IMG/VR virus record: IMGVR_UViG_3300023083_000001
Coordinates: 124,001 to 188,000 of that record
Direction: 5' to 3' (one strand)
DNA length: 64,000 bases
Shown one piece after another: positions 8,837 through 17,783 of the stretch. The position numbers were made by a program, and so were the translations under genes. Every line of letters starts with the position of its first letter. The stretch's first letter is position 1. The notes beneath the pieces were generated by a model. It was not told the origin of the DNA, ran no database searches, and worked only from the letters and a program-made list of their open reading frames with translations.

Positions 8837-11266
8837 ATGTTTTTCGAATATATTAAGATGGTGGGATGTAACCGAACTTCCTTGAACGGGAAGAACGAGA
8901 TTGTCATCCGACCTACCAGTAAGACCCAGATGGTTCTTGGTACCAACTCAAGTGGTAAGTCCAGTCTCATCGAGATTGCATTCTCGCCTTTACCACCCGA
9001 TGAGAAGTGGTTTGACAAGCCTGGCTCCTTGGAGCAGACCATCAGTCATAAAGGCCGGGTTTACAAACTCGTCTCACGCTTTGGTGAGAAGAATTCTTAC
9101 TCTTTCATAGTAGATGGCGGGGAAAACCTGAACAAAGGTCGTAACGTCACGATGCAGTTGGAGTTGGTCAAAGAGTACTTCGGCTACACCAAAGACATCC
9201 ACGCATTCCTGACTGGCCGTGTGAAGTTCACCACCATGAACTCCAAGCAGCGTCAGGACTGGATCAGCCGTTTCTCAGCGGTAGACTTCAGCTTTGCGTT
9301 CTCGGTCTACAATCGTTTCAAACGTGAACTCACGGCAAACAACAACATCGCAACCTACCTCACCAAACAGTTGAATGATGCACGTCAGCGTCTGATGGAT
9401 CCGGTTGATATCACAGCCATGCGTATAAAGGCTGATGAGGCTCATGAAACACTTGAGCTGTTGATGCGTGAACCACGCCATGGGCAAAGTGCATTGAGCG
9501 ATGAAGACCTGGCTCAATTAGTTGAGACTTCGTTGGATCAACTCAGCCACTTTATCATGACCGAGTATCCGTACACCGAGAACGTCGGTGATCTGGAAGG
9601 TCTGGTCAATCTGCGTGCTAATGCCGAGATGTCACTACACCAACTGCAAGGTGAGTTGAAGGCACGCGGTGAACGTCTGTCCGATTGCGAGCATAAGAAG
9701 CAGCGGATGGAAGCATTGGGGCAATACAGTCCTGAAGAGCTACAAGCTTCCATGGACTCCATCAAGGCGATGTTAGACGCTATCCCACCACAAGTGAGCG
9801 AAGTACCTCCAAGTCTCTTGCGTGACCATCAGAAGGTCATCAACGAGCTACGTCCGATCATTGGTAAACTCGGTGCGGTACGTAAGACCAACAACGACGT
9901 CATGGAGGTTAACAACCGTCTCCTGGAGCGTAAGTTGATGTTGGGTCGCTACATGGGTGCGGTGGAAGACTTCACTCGACAGATCCATCAGATCCATCAA
10001 TGTGAAGTGGTGTCCTGCCCTTCCTGCAAGACTGAGTTCAAACCCGGTATCGAACCCGGTAAGCTTGAAGAACTGGAATCTCGCATGGGGAAAGGTCAAG
10101 CGCTGATCAATGAGCTGGAAGCTGAAGTCGATCACATCGACGAAGAGTTTCAAAGCACTGCGCACATTGCTTCGGTTTATGCCGAACTGGATCAAGTGCG
10201 TGAACGTTACCAGAACGTGTGTCCTGGGTTGTTTCAATACCTGGACACATTCGGCTGGACAAAGCTGGGTCGTGGCTTGAACGAGAAGATAGCCCTGTTC
10301 GCTAAGGACTGTGACCGTCAGGAAGACCGCGATCAGAAGCAGCGTCAATATGACACGTTGAAGTCACGGCTCGATCAGGTAAAAGCCGAAGCTGGCCAAA
10401 CCGTGCAAGTGATCGAAGACTACAAAGCAGCGCTTGAAGATTACAACGCCTTGTACCTGGTCCATCAGAAAGCCAGCGGCCGTAAACAAGGTCTGGATAA
10501 GGCATTGTTGAGTTGGCAGAAGTACATCGACCTGTTTGAACGCTCTGAGCAACTGTACGAGAACTTACGATGTGAGATGATCAACTACTGCAATCATCAA
10601 GGTGACTTGATGGTCGATGAAATGATCAAGAAGACCAAAGTTACCATGGGTGTTCTTGAATCAGCGTTGGCAGAGAATGATCAGAACCTTAATATCGTCC
10701 AGGACTTGGAAGCCCAGGTCAAGAGAGCACGGATTGAGGAAGAGTCACGTCGTGTTCTGGTAGAAGCTTTGTCTCCCAAGACTGGGTTGATTGCAGAGCA
10801 GATCACTGCGCAGATGTCATCGATTGTGGGTGCGGTTAACCAGATGATCAAACGCGTGTGGGGATATCCGTTGTTCATCAAGTCAGGTGATCCTGAAGAT
10901 ACCGAGATGGACTACAAACTTCCCGTAGTGGTCGACGGTAAAGAACGTGCAGACATTGCCGTGGGTAGCAGTTCAGTTAAGGACGTCGTTGATCAGGCGT
11001 TTCGTTGGACAGGTTACTACTGCATGAACCTGACCGACTATCCGTTGTTCCTGGATGAGTTCGGTTCAACCTTTGATGAAGCGCACCGTCACAACCTGAT
11101 TCCGTTGATCAAGGATCTGGTAGACGATGCTCGGTTCTCTCAGGTGTTGATGATCAGTCACTCGTTGGATGGACAGACGTCTTTCCCAATGTCACAGACC
11201 ATCATTCTCGATGATCGTAATATCAACTACCCGCATGCTTACAATCAACACGTGGAGTTCGCTTAG
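8837..11266 (+). CDS. sbcC: SbcC/Rad50-like SMC ATPase (phiKZ gp165-like)
   Basis: Walker A GTNSSGKS, coiled coils, zinc hook CPSC, Walker B LFLDE, H-loop ISH. Confidence 0.9.
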   Translation: MFFEYIKMVGCNRTSLNGKNEIVIRPTSKTQMVLGTNSSGKSSLIEIAFSPLPPDEKWFDKPGSLEQTISHKGRVYKLVSRFGEKNSYSFIVDGGENLNKGRNVTMQLELVKEYFGYTKDIHAFLTGRVKFTTMNSKQRQDWISRFSAVDFSFAFSVYNRFKRELTANNNIATYLTKQLNDARQRLMDPVDITAMRIKADEAHETLELLMREPRHGQSALSDEDLAQLVETSLDQLSHFIMTEYPYTENVGDLEGLVNLRANAEMSLHQLQGELKARGERLSDCEHKKQRMEALGQYSPEELQASMDSIKAMLDAIPPQVSEVPPSLLRDHQKVINELRPIIGKLGAVRKTNNDVMEVNNRLLERKLMLGRYMGAVEDFTRQIHQIHQCEVVSCPSCKTEFKPGIEPGKLEELESRMGKGQALINELEAEVDHIDEEFQSTAHIASVYAELDQVRERYQNVCPGLFQYLDTFGWTKLGRGLNEKIALFAKDCDRQEDRDQKQRQYDTLKSRLDQVKAEAGQTVQVIEDYKAALEDYNALYLVHQKASGRKQGLDKALLSWQKYIDLFERSEQLYENLRCEMINYCNHQGDLMVDEMIKKTKVTMGVLESALAENDQNLNIVQDLEAQVKRARIEEESRRVLVEALSPKTGLIAEQITAQMSSIVGAVNQMIKRVWGYPLFIKSGDPEDTEMDYKLPVVVDGKERADIAVGSSSVKDVVDQAFRWTGYYCMNLTDYPLFLDEFGSTFDEAHRHNLIPLIKDLVDDARFSQVLMISHSLDGQTSFPMSQTIILDDRNINYPHAYNQHVEFA

Positions 11267-11299
11267 CATACAGGGCGGGGAAACCCGCCCTGTATGCTA
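11264..11299. terminator. Perfect 16-bp hairpin with GAAA loop (CATA..TATG type)
   Basis: TAGCATACAGGGCGGG-GAAA-CCCGCCCTGTATGCTA, with no U-tract. Confidence 0.7.
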
Positions 11300-11310
11300 C
11301 CCAACTAACT

Positions 11311-11335
11311 TACAATCACACATTCTCTTATCGAA
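11311..11335 (+). promoter_or_regulatory. Putative early (vRNAP) promoter
   Basis: TACAATCACACATTC-TCTTAT-CGAA; the motif recurs six times ahead of accessory genes. Confidence 0.6.
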
Positions 11336-11365
11336 CCTCAATACCAAACCCGTGGAGGGTACGCT

Positions 11366-11779
11366 GTGAATAAGCATGAACTCAAAGTGATGTACTTGAA
11401 ATTCTTAAAGGATACAGGGCTACGTGTGGAAGAAGTTGCGTTGGGGTTCGGTGGCGCGTTAGTGATGATGGGTCTACGTGATGAGACCAGTGATCTGGAT
11501 CTGGATATTCCTGAATGGCGTTATCAGTTGTTCAAAGTTAATGAGTATCCGATCCACACCACGCCTATCGGTGAGTGCATGGATTACAACGGGTTCATCT
11601 CGGTGCATCGATCCACTTCGCAAGATTGCGTTTACATCGAAGGGGTGCGCGTGTACAGCCCCATGTTGCTGTTAGAATCTAAACGCTTCTTGTCGACGCA
11701 CCCTGATCGTAAGCAAACCAAGAAGGCACAAGACCTAATCGACATCGAACGCTTGAGAACTTACATCGTTAATCAGTGA
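11366..11779 (+). CDS. Minimal Pol-beta-family nucleotidyltransferase-like protein
   Basis: GFGGALVMMGLRDETSDLDLD (GG..D.D motif) and C-terminal K...D.; GGAGGG SD with GTG start. Confidence 0.7.
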   Translation: MNKHELKVMYLKFLKDTGLRVEEVALGFGGALVMMGLRDETSDLDLDIPEWRYQLFKVNEYPIHTTPIGECMDYNGFISVHRSTSQDCVYIEGVRVYSPMLLLESKRFLSTHPDRKQTKKAQDLIDIERLRTYIVNQ

Positions 11780-11780
11780 G

Positions 11781-11830
11781 CGGCATACAGGGAGAGGCTC
11801 ACGCCTCTCCCTGTACACTTCTTTTTTTGT
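11781..11830. terminator. Asymmetric bidirectional terminator
   Basis: TACAGGGAGAGGC-TCAC-GCCTCTCCCTGTA; + side ends TACACTTCTTTTTTTG, - side ends TGTATGCCG. Confidence 0.75.
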
Positions 11831-11834
11831 GCTG

Positions 11835-12479
11835 TTACGTCCCAGGTGCACTGCCTTCAAGTTCAGCGATGCGCGCTTGCAGTTGTTGAACCAGATCCAC
11901 CAACGCCTGGTTGGATTGGGTCAGGTTAGCAATGTCTGAGCGAGCCGTCTGTAAAAGCACGAAGTCGGTCGTACGGTTCTTGATCGCTGCGTTACGAGCA
12001 GCCAGGTTCTGTACGTACTGATCTTGAGTGATAGCATCGGTCGTAGGAGCGCGAGCGATGAACACTGTTGACCCAACGCCGATGTCTTCAGACACTGCAC
12101 GCTGAATCGCCTGAGTCAGGCGAGTCGTATCGTAAGTATCCGGTAAGATCCCACAATCCACTGTAGCCACCAACCAACTGTGCGGCACCACACCCATGTT
12201 AGGATAGGAGTCTACGTAGGTAGTTGGGACGTACAGAGGTTTGAGGGTATCGGACAGCAGCGTGAGGATCAACGCACCCGCAGCAGCGTCTTCAGCGTAA
12301 GACGCATCAGTCAGACCAGCGGGTGTATAAACAAGCTTGACCGGATCAATGCCACGAGAGATCAACTCTTCAAAAGAACGAATCGCTCCCACGTGGTAGA
12401 TGATGCTCGGATTGGCAACGAAAGGAATCCTTAATAGGAACAGACCCTTCGAGCCAATTGGAGGCACGATGTTAGCCAT
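11835..12479 (-). CDS. Conserved phiKZ-like hypothetical/virion protein with C-terminal coiled coil
   Basis: 214 aa ORF, co-oriented and 3 nt from the upstream gene. Confidence 0.6.
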   Translation of the reverse strand: MANIVPPIGSKGLFLLRIPFVANPSIIYHVGAIRSFEELISRGIDPVKLVYTPAGLTDASYAEDAAAGALILTLLSDTLKPLYVPTTYVDSYPNMGVVPHSWLVATVDCGILPDTYDTTRLTQAIQRAVSEDIGVGSTVFIARAPTTDAITQDQYVQNLAARNAAIKNRTTDFVLLQTARSDIANLTQSNQALVDLVQQLQARIAELEGSAPGT

Positions 12480-12482
12480 GGA

Positions 12483-13811
12483 TTACGCCCCTTGCGTAAG
12501 TGCATCAACGCTGTACTTGGTAGCGACCAAGTAGAGGAACTTGTTAAAGCTCCGGGCTACGTAGACAACACCGTCCCGCGTCAAGCGGTTGTAGTTCTTC
12601 GGCACGCCGGTGTTAGGCGTCATCTCTTCAGCAATCATCAGCATCTCAGCCAACATCATGATGAACTCACGCGTGTCATCGCTCATGCGCCAGAAGTCGA
12701 CCGAGGTGGTCGGCACGTTGAGGTAGTCCGGGAACTCCTCGTTAAACATGTCGATGCCGTCACGGTTTTCAGGACCACCCACAATCCCTAACATCAGGGA
12801 GCGGAACTGTGAAGGTACGATGCACAGCTTTGCGTTGACATGCGCTTGAGTGTACTTGACACCCTTTGCCGTCTTACCGCACAGATCCATTGCCTTCACA
12901 GTGGAGGTGATGCCAGAGAAGTAACCGGTGTCACGGATCTCGTTAGGAATGCCGAAGTCATCCCACATCGGTGTGATGATGTACTCCGTTGACGTAAAAA
13001 GGTCAGGGAAGATCTCCGCCCATTCATCACGGGTGTGTGTGGAGTTCTTCAGGATCTCGTTACGGATCGCTTCTTTGACCGAGTCGAGGTTATCGCCGGC
13101 AGCGCCGTAGATGATCGTGATCCAGTTGGTGTCAATGGTCAACGTCTTGTCGTTACGGTCCTGCCAGGTGAAAACGTCGTTACGCATGACGGTTTCTGGG
13201 AACACACCACGGGCACCGTTGATGCGTGAGAACACTTCAGTCTGGTCAACCGCTTTGATCAATGCATCGACATCATTGTAATCATCAACGAACTTGTCTA
13301 CCGGCAATACCGGGGACACCACCAGAATGGCAAACTCATCAAACTGGTTAGCGAACGAGTCATCGGCAAACCAGATCTTCCAGGTATCGGTACCCGACTT
13401 CTGATACGGGGAGATCTCGATGTACTCCGGCGCAAAGAACGCACCGAACTGAATCTGACGACCCGAATCAATGAAATCGTAACTGGTACCCCAGGCTGCA
13501 ATGAACGCTTGCTGCAAGGAATCTTTCTGATCGGTGAACTTACCAGCCTTGGCCTGAGTGTAAACCCAGTTGACGGCTTTGAGCACTTGATAGGCGGTTG
13601 CATCATCAAGCTGTGTCGCCACTTCATTCTTACGGTAAGAGAAGCTGATCAGCGTCTCACCTGGGAATTCGGAGTGTACGTGCTGGGTCTTTTCACGCGC
13701 AAACGACTTGGACCAATCAGACAATTCGCCGATCGGTGCAATGACGCCAAGGGTGTTGTCAACCAGCGGCCCGATCTGAGCAAACGCTTTTAAAATATTC
13801 ACTATGTACAC
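12483..13811 (-). CDS. Conserved phiKZ-like virion structural protein
   Basis: 442 aa, GAGG SD with GTG start, typical codon usage. Confidence 0.6.
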   Translation of the reverse strand: MYIVNILKAFAQIGPLVDNTLGVIAPIGELSDWSKSFAREKTQHVHSEFPGETLISFSYRKNEVATQLDDATAYQVLKAVNWVYTQAKAGKFTDQKDSLQQAFIAAWGTSYDFIDSGRQIQFGAFFAPEYIEISPYQKSGTDTWKIWFADDSFANQFDEFAILVVSPVLPVDKFVDDYNDVDALIKAVDQTEVFSRINGARGVFPETVMRNDVFTWQDRNDKTLTIDTNWITIIYGAAGDNLDSVKEAIRNEILKNSTHTRDEWAEIFPDLFTSTEYIITPMWDDFGIPNEIRDTGYFSGITSTVKAMDLCGKTAKGVKYTQAHVNAKLCIVPSQFRSLMLGIVGGPENRDGIDMFNEEFPDYLNVPTTSVDFWRMSDDTREFIMMLAEMLMIAEEMTPNTGVPKNYNRLTRDGVVYVARSFNKFLYLVATKYSVDALTQGA

Positions 13812-13896
13812 CTCAACGAACGAGCGGCAAAAGGTATGATGTTAACCAGAGTATAAATATACACCGGACAGTCCTAAACTATATTATTTTTCGAGA

Positions 13897-14418
13897 ATGA
13901 TCGAGGGATTCAAAGTGTCTTCTACCTTGATGCTCATAGTGAAATCTCTTTGGCCGTTCTTAAAAGAGATCTTGCTAAAGGACAAGGGGTTCCGGGATCT
14001 TATTGCTGAGAACGTAGTGGCCACGTTCCTCAGTGGCTGTCTGCTCGCTCTTTTTGCCTTGTTTGTGTACACGGCTAATCTGGCCGATAAGAACTTTGAT
14101 GAAGTTAACCGACTGACCCAGGATGCTGGACACACGGCTAAAATCGTCGAGGATCAAAAGCACACGATAGAGGTGCAAGCTGAAGAGTTAAAGAAGTTTC
14201 GTGAAAGGTACCCAACGCCATTGGCGGTGGAACCTCAGCCTGTGGTTAAGCCAACTGCACCTGAGCCTACCTCTCACACTCCCGAACCTATTCCTGTAAA
14301 ACCAGACAGACCACCCACCAGACCGACTAGGCCTAGTATCAAGCCTAAGGATCCGCAAGGGTCTTTAAAGTCCTACGTCGAACAGCGTTTAAATAAGCTT
14401 GAACAGGACGGTAAGTAA
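13897..14418 (+). CDS. Putative i-spanin (Rz-like inner-membrane protein)
   Basis: One transmembrane segment (VVATFLSGCLLALFALFVY), coiled coil, long Pro-rich linker, C-terminal helix. Confidence 0.55.
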   Translation: MIEGFKVSSTLMLIVKSLWPFLKEILLKDKGFRDLIAENVVATFLSGCLLALFALFVYTANLADKNFDEVNRLTQDAGHTAKIVEDQKHTIEVQAEELKKFRERYPTPLAVEPQPVVKPTAPEPTSHTPEPIPVKPDRPPTRPTRPSIKPKDPQGSLKSYVEQRLNKLEQDGK

Positions 14419-14421
14419 GTC

Positions 14422-14784
14422 ATGATCAATCCGCGCTTTTTAATTCAACTACCACTGATGCTCCTCGGGTCATGCCAACCACTCACTCCGAATACGACGA
14501 TCTTCGTCTATACGGGCAGTACGCGTGCACCCGAGGTCAGGACGAGCGACAACCCACCTAACATACCCACTCTTGCGCAGAAGCCTAAACAGACGACTGC
14601 TAAAGAGTGCAAGAAGTTGGAGGTAGCCGCGATGCGTGCATATCAGCAACCCGCTGGGCCTGATTTATCCAAGGTCAACCCAACAGATGACCATGCGGTA
14701 GTGGACGCAGTGTTGGACAATAACGCGTTACTTCGCGCTGAGCTAACACGATTGCAGGAACAGTTTCTGTGTACCCTTGAGTGA
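14422..14784 (+). CDS. Putative o-spanin (outer-membrane lipoprotein)
   Basis: Signal peptide with lipobox LLGS-C, Gln at +2, Pro-rich linker, two further Cys residues. Confidence 0.55.
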   Translation: MINPRFLIQLPLMLLGSCQPLTPNTTIFVYTGSTRAPEVRTSDNPPNIPTLAQKPKQTTAKECKKLEVAAMRAYQQPAGPDLSKVNPTDDHAVVDAVLDNNALLRAELTRLQEQFLCTLE

Positions 14785-14844
14785 CGTGTGTCAAAAAACA
14801 CCAGATCCACCAATGCTCTAAGCGCCATTATCAAGGGAATCGAG

Positions 14845-16323
14845 ATGTCTTCTGAAGTCGTAACCGCAACCAGCGCTATCCTCTATTGCGATGGAGGTTT
14901 TCAGCCGGACAGCAAGATCAGTGGATGGGGAGTCCACGGCTACACGTATCTGGACGATGAACCCAAAAAAGGTACCGGTAACCCTAAAGCCATTCCCACC
15001 GACAAAGGTTACATGTTCGGTGAACGGATTGGTAACAAGGTCACCGTGGTTGAATACGTCGACATTGTCGCCGGTAAGAAAGACGCTCGCAGCAGCAATG
15101 AAGTAGAGCTACATGCTTTGCTCGACGCTGTGACGTGGCTCAAGGACAATCCGCACATCAAGAAAGTCCTGATCCTCACGGATTCACGTTTTGTTGTACA
15201 AGGTACCAACGATCACTTACCCAAGTGGCCTGGGAACAACTGGCTCAACAAGAAAGGTGAGCCAGTCAAGTACCGTCCAACCTGGGAGAAGGTTGGTGAA
15301 GTAGTAGCTCATCTGAAGACATCGGTTGACTTCACTCTGGACTGGGTGAAGAGTCATGAAGGCGAGCCGGGCAACACCGCAGCTGATGCGCTGGCCTGGA
15401 AAGGTAAGGTGTTGGCACGCAACGACGATCCAACGGTTGTGACCAAAGTGAATGCGGCACAAGGCTACTGGGGTATCAAGAACACAGCGCCCCGCATTCT
15501 GCAATCACCGCGTTGGTATTTCTCGACAGTGGATGACCAGTTCCGTAGCGATACAGGTGCTCACATCTACTACGTCGGTGCTCACGGTACCAAAGACAAG
15601 GAAGACGATCTGTACGGCAAGCGCTATGCAGATAACTTCCTGGGTGTGGTCATGGTTAACGATCCAGATCCTGTCATGGAATGCCTGCGTTTGAATGCGA
15701 TGAGTAAAGATCCTCGCAAACGCGGCGCGATCGTGATTGCTCACTTGGACATGATCTTCTCCCCGAAGGTCTACAAGGAGTTGTCTGACTACAACACCAC
15801 CTTCATGTATTCGCAACACAAACAGATTGACCTGCTTGATGCTCGCGACAACGAGATCATGGTGGAGCTTCGACCTACAGGTCTTGGTTTCCGTGGGGTC
15901 GGTCAGTGGAAGAGTTTAACCCGCGTACTGACCGAAGTGCAGAAGGGTGATCCGTACTACAGTGTGACTGATATCACGGACTTACTGTATGAGGAGCAAG
16001 GGGGTAAGAAGCCCGTTCGCAAACTCAAAGCAACGATAAACCAGATTGTCAAGTACATGGATTTCGATGTGACATTCAATCTGGAAAAAGAAAGCGGTGA
16101 GCCTAAACCGTTCATCGACAAGGTCCGTTTGATCCTGGGTGGCGATATACTCTCACGCAATCAGTTGGCCGCGCTTTCCGAAGATATCAAATCGGTAAAG
16201 GTTGTTACGTGGCGTGAATCTGATAACGTGGGTCGTTACGCGACTTTGATAGAACTGACGTCGGGAGACGTGGGTCTGTGGGCTAGAACAGAAGCCAACA
16301 TCTTTTTCAGGACCAAGCAATAA
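14845..16323 (+). CDS. Ribonuclease HI with large C-terminal extension (phiKZ gp155-like)
   Basis: YCDGG...SSNEVELHA...TDSRFV...WVKSHEGEPGNTAADALA catalytic motifs; start probably 14845 (track gives 14788). Confidence 0.9.
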   Translation: MSSEVVTATSAILYCDGGFQPDSKISGWGVHGYTYLDDEPKKGTGNPKAIPTDKGYMFGERIGNKVTVVEYVDIVAGKKDARSSNEVELHALLDAVTWLKDNPHIKKVLILTDSRFVVQGTNDHLPKWPGNNWLNKKGEPVKYRPTWEKVGEVVAHLKTSVDFTLDWVKSHEGEPGNTAADALAWKGKVLARNDDPTVVTKVNAAQGYWGIKNTAPRILQSPRWYFSTVDDQFRSDTGAHIYYVGAHGTKDKEDDLYGKRYADNFLGVVMVNDPDPVMECLRLNAMSKDPRKRGAIVIAHLDMIFSPKVYKELSDYNTTFMYSQHKQIDLLDARDNEIMVELRPTGLGFRGVGQWKSLTRVLTEVQKGDPYYSVTDITDLLYEEQGGKKPVRKLKATINQIVKYMDFDVTFNLEKESGEPKPFIDKVRLILGGDILSRNQLAALSEDIKSVKVVTWRESDNVGRYATLIELTSGDVGLWARTEANIFFRTKQ

Positions 16324-16349
16324 CTTAAACCGATCGTAGAGGGTTCTCT

Positions 16350-16769
16350 ATGAGCGCCATCAAGATACAGACTGCCACTCAGATGTCCGGCAGTCAGAAC
16401 CAAGAAGCGCCCGTAAAGGTATTGCCCAGCAAGAGGTTAAGTATTAAACGAATGATCTTCGTTGCGTCTTTATACTTCAAGATGGTCGATATAAAAAATC
16501 CAACCCGAGACCACCTCACCGTGGTCAATCAAAAGTTCGGTCTCGCTTACGGTGGGAATGCGCTTCTTTTCCCAGCAGCCATCTCAGGAATGATTTGGGA
16601 TCATGTCACTCTGGCGGATATCTTTAAAAAGTATGCGTCGGGGCAGCAGTCGGCTGAAGCGTGCATTAACGAAGTGATCGAACAGGCACCAAGCTGGGTT
16701 AAATACGATGCAGGAGATGCAATTCGACAGGATGTGAAAGCAGTCTTCGATTGCGTGCTTGCAGGATAA
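16350..16769 (+). CDS. Hypothetical protein
   Basis: GAGG SD; followed by a terminator hairpin. Confidence 0.65.
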   Translation: MSAIKIQTATQMSGSQNQEAPVKVLPSKRLSIKRMIFVASLYFKMVDIKNPTRDHLTVVNQKFGLAYGGNALLFPAAISGMIWDHVTLADIFKKYASGQQSAEACINEVIEQAPSWVKYDAGDAIRQDVKAVFDCVLAG

Positions 16770-16774
16770 AACAA

Positions 16775-16812
16775 CATACATGGGAGGTGGACAAAGCCAC
16801 CTCCCATGTATG
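16775..16812. terminator. Bidirectional 16-bp hairpin (CATA..TATG type)
   Basis: CATACATGGGAGGTGG-ACAAAG-CCACCTCCCATGTATG between convergent genes, with no U-tract. Confidence 0.7.
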
Positions 16813-16820
16813 CCCTGTCG

Positions 16821-17678
16821 TCACTTAATCTGTTCAGCCAAGCTGTCGGCTGTCAGACTCATTGCTTCAGTTTGCTGCTGCACTGCATCGCGCAATACGG
16901 CACCTGCGGTCAGTGTCACGCCGAGCTTGTAGAACAGTTCGGAGAGCTGAGCGGTTACGGTACCGGACAGTTGACGGTTCTCTTCACTTTCCAACACCTC
17001 TTTGAGGTTGGCAGTGAGTTCAGTCAAGCGGTCCAGCTGCGACTGTACCTTCGTGAAGTCGATCGCACCCAGGCTGTTATTCAGCTTGTCGATCAGGGTG
17101 TACGCATCGATCAGGTCAGCGTTACGGTCGACCACACTGCCCAACGGCGCCTGAGCTTTGGTACCTTTGCCGAAGAAAGACTGCATGCCCTGATAGTCAT
17201 CCTGGCTGACCATGGACAAGCTTCTTTCCAGATCGCGGATACCTGATTGAGCTTGCAGCCGGTCAGGTTCATTGATGATGGTAGCCAGCTTGGTGATCGC
17301 CACTTTCAAGGTGGCGTCGATGGTTTCCACTTTCGGCAGGATGGTGTTCGCCAGATACTTCAGGTACGGCAACCACTTACCTTCAAAGCCAGGTTGGATG
17401 CTGACGTACAGGTTGCGGTTCTCTTGGTAAGAACGCGCAGTCACTGCCTTGAGCATGATCGTGGCTTTGATCTGACGGGGAGTGAAGTTACCCACCTTAA
17501 GACCATTGACGAAAAGACCCAGTCGAGCGACAAAGTCAGTGAACGAGGATTTGATGGAATCCACGAACGCAAGGCCCCTGGATTCGGTGGAGATCAGGCT
17601 GCCGCGAGCCACGAGGAACTCAAGGGTACTCGCCTCCTGTTCTGCGGCTTCATTGAGGATACTCGGACGTTGCGACAT
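16821..17678 (-). CDS. Virion (head) protein with short propeptide
   Basis: Start moved to ATG 17678 behind GGAG; acidic N-terminus ending in S-T-E, a prohead-protease-type site. Confidence 0.6.
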   Translation of the reverse strand: MSQRPSILNEAAEQEASTLEFLVARGSLISTESRGLAFVDSIKSSFTDFVARLGLFVNGLKVGNFTPRQIKATIMLKAVTARSYQENRNLYVSIQPGFEGKWLPYLKYLANTILPKVETIDATLKVAITKLATIINEPDRLQAQSGIRDLERSLSMVSQDDYQGMQSFFGKGTKAQAPLGSVVDRNADLIDAYTLIDKLNNSLGAIDFTKVQSQLDRLTELTANLKEVLESEENRQLSGTVTAQLSELFYKLGVTLTAGAVLRDAVQQQTEAMSLTADSLAEQIK

Positions 17679-17783
17679 ACTTAAGACTCCAACGATGTTA
17701 AGAATAGATAAACCCATAGCAGATGCTATTTAATTACCAGGTAGCTATATCCTGTGTAAACAATTTTCCCGGAGTACCGCCCA

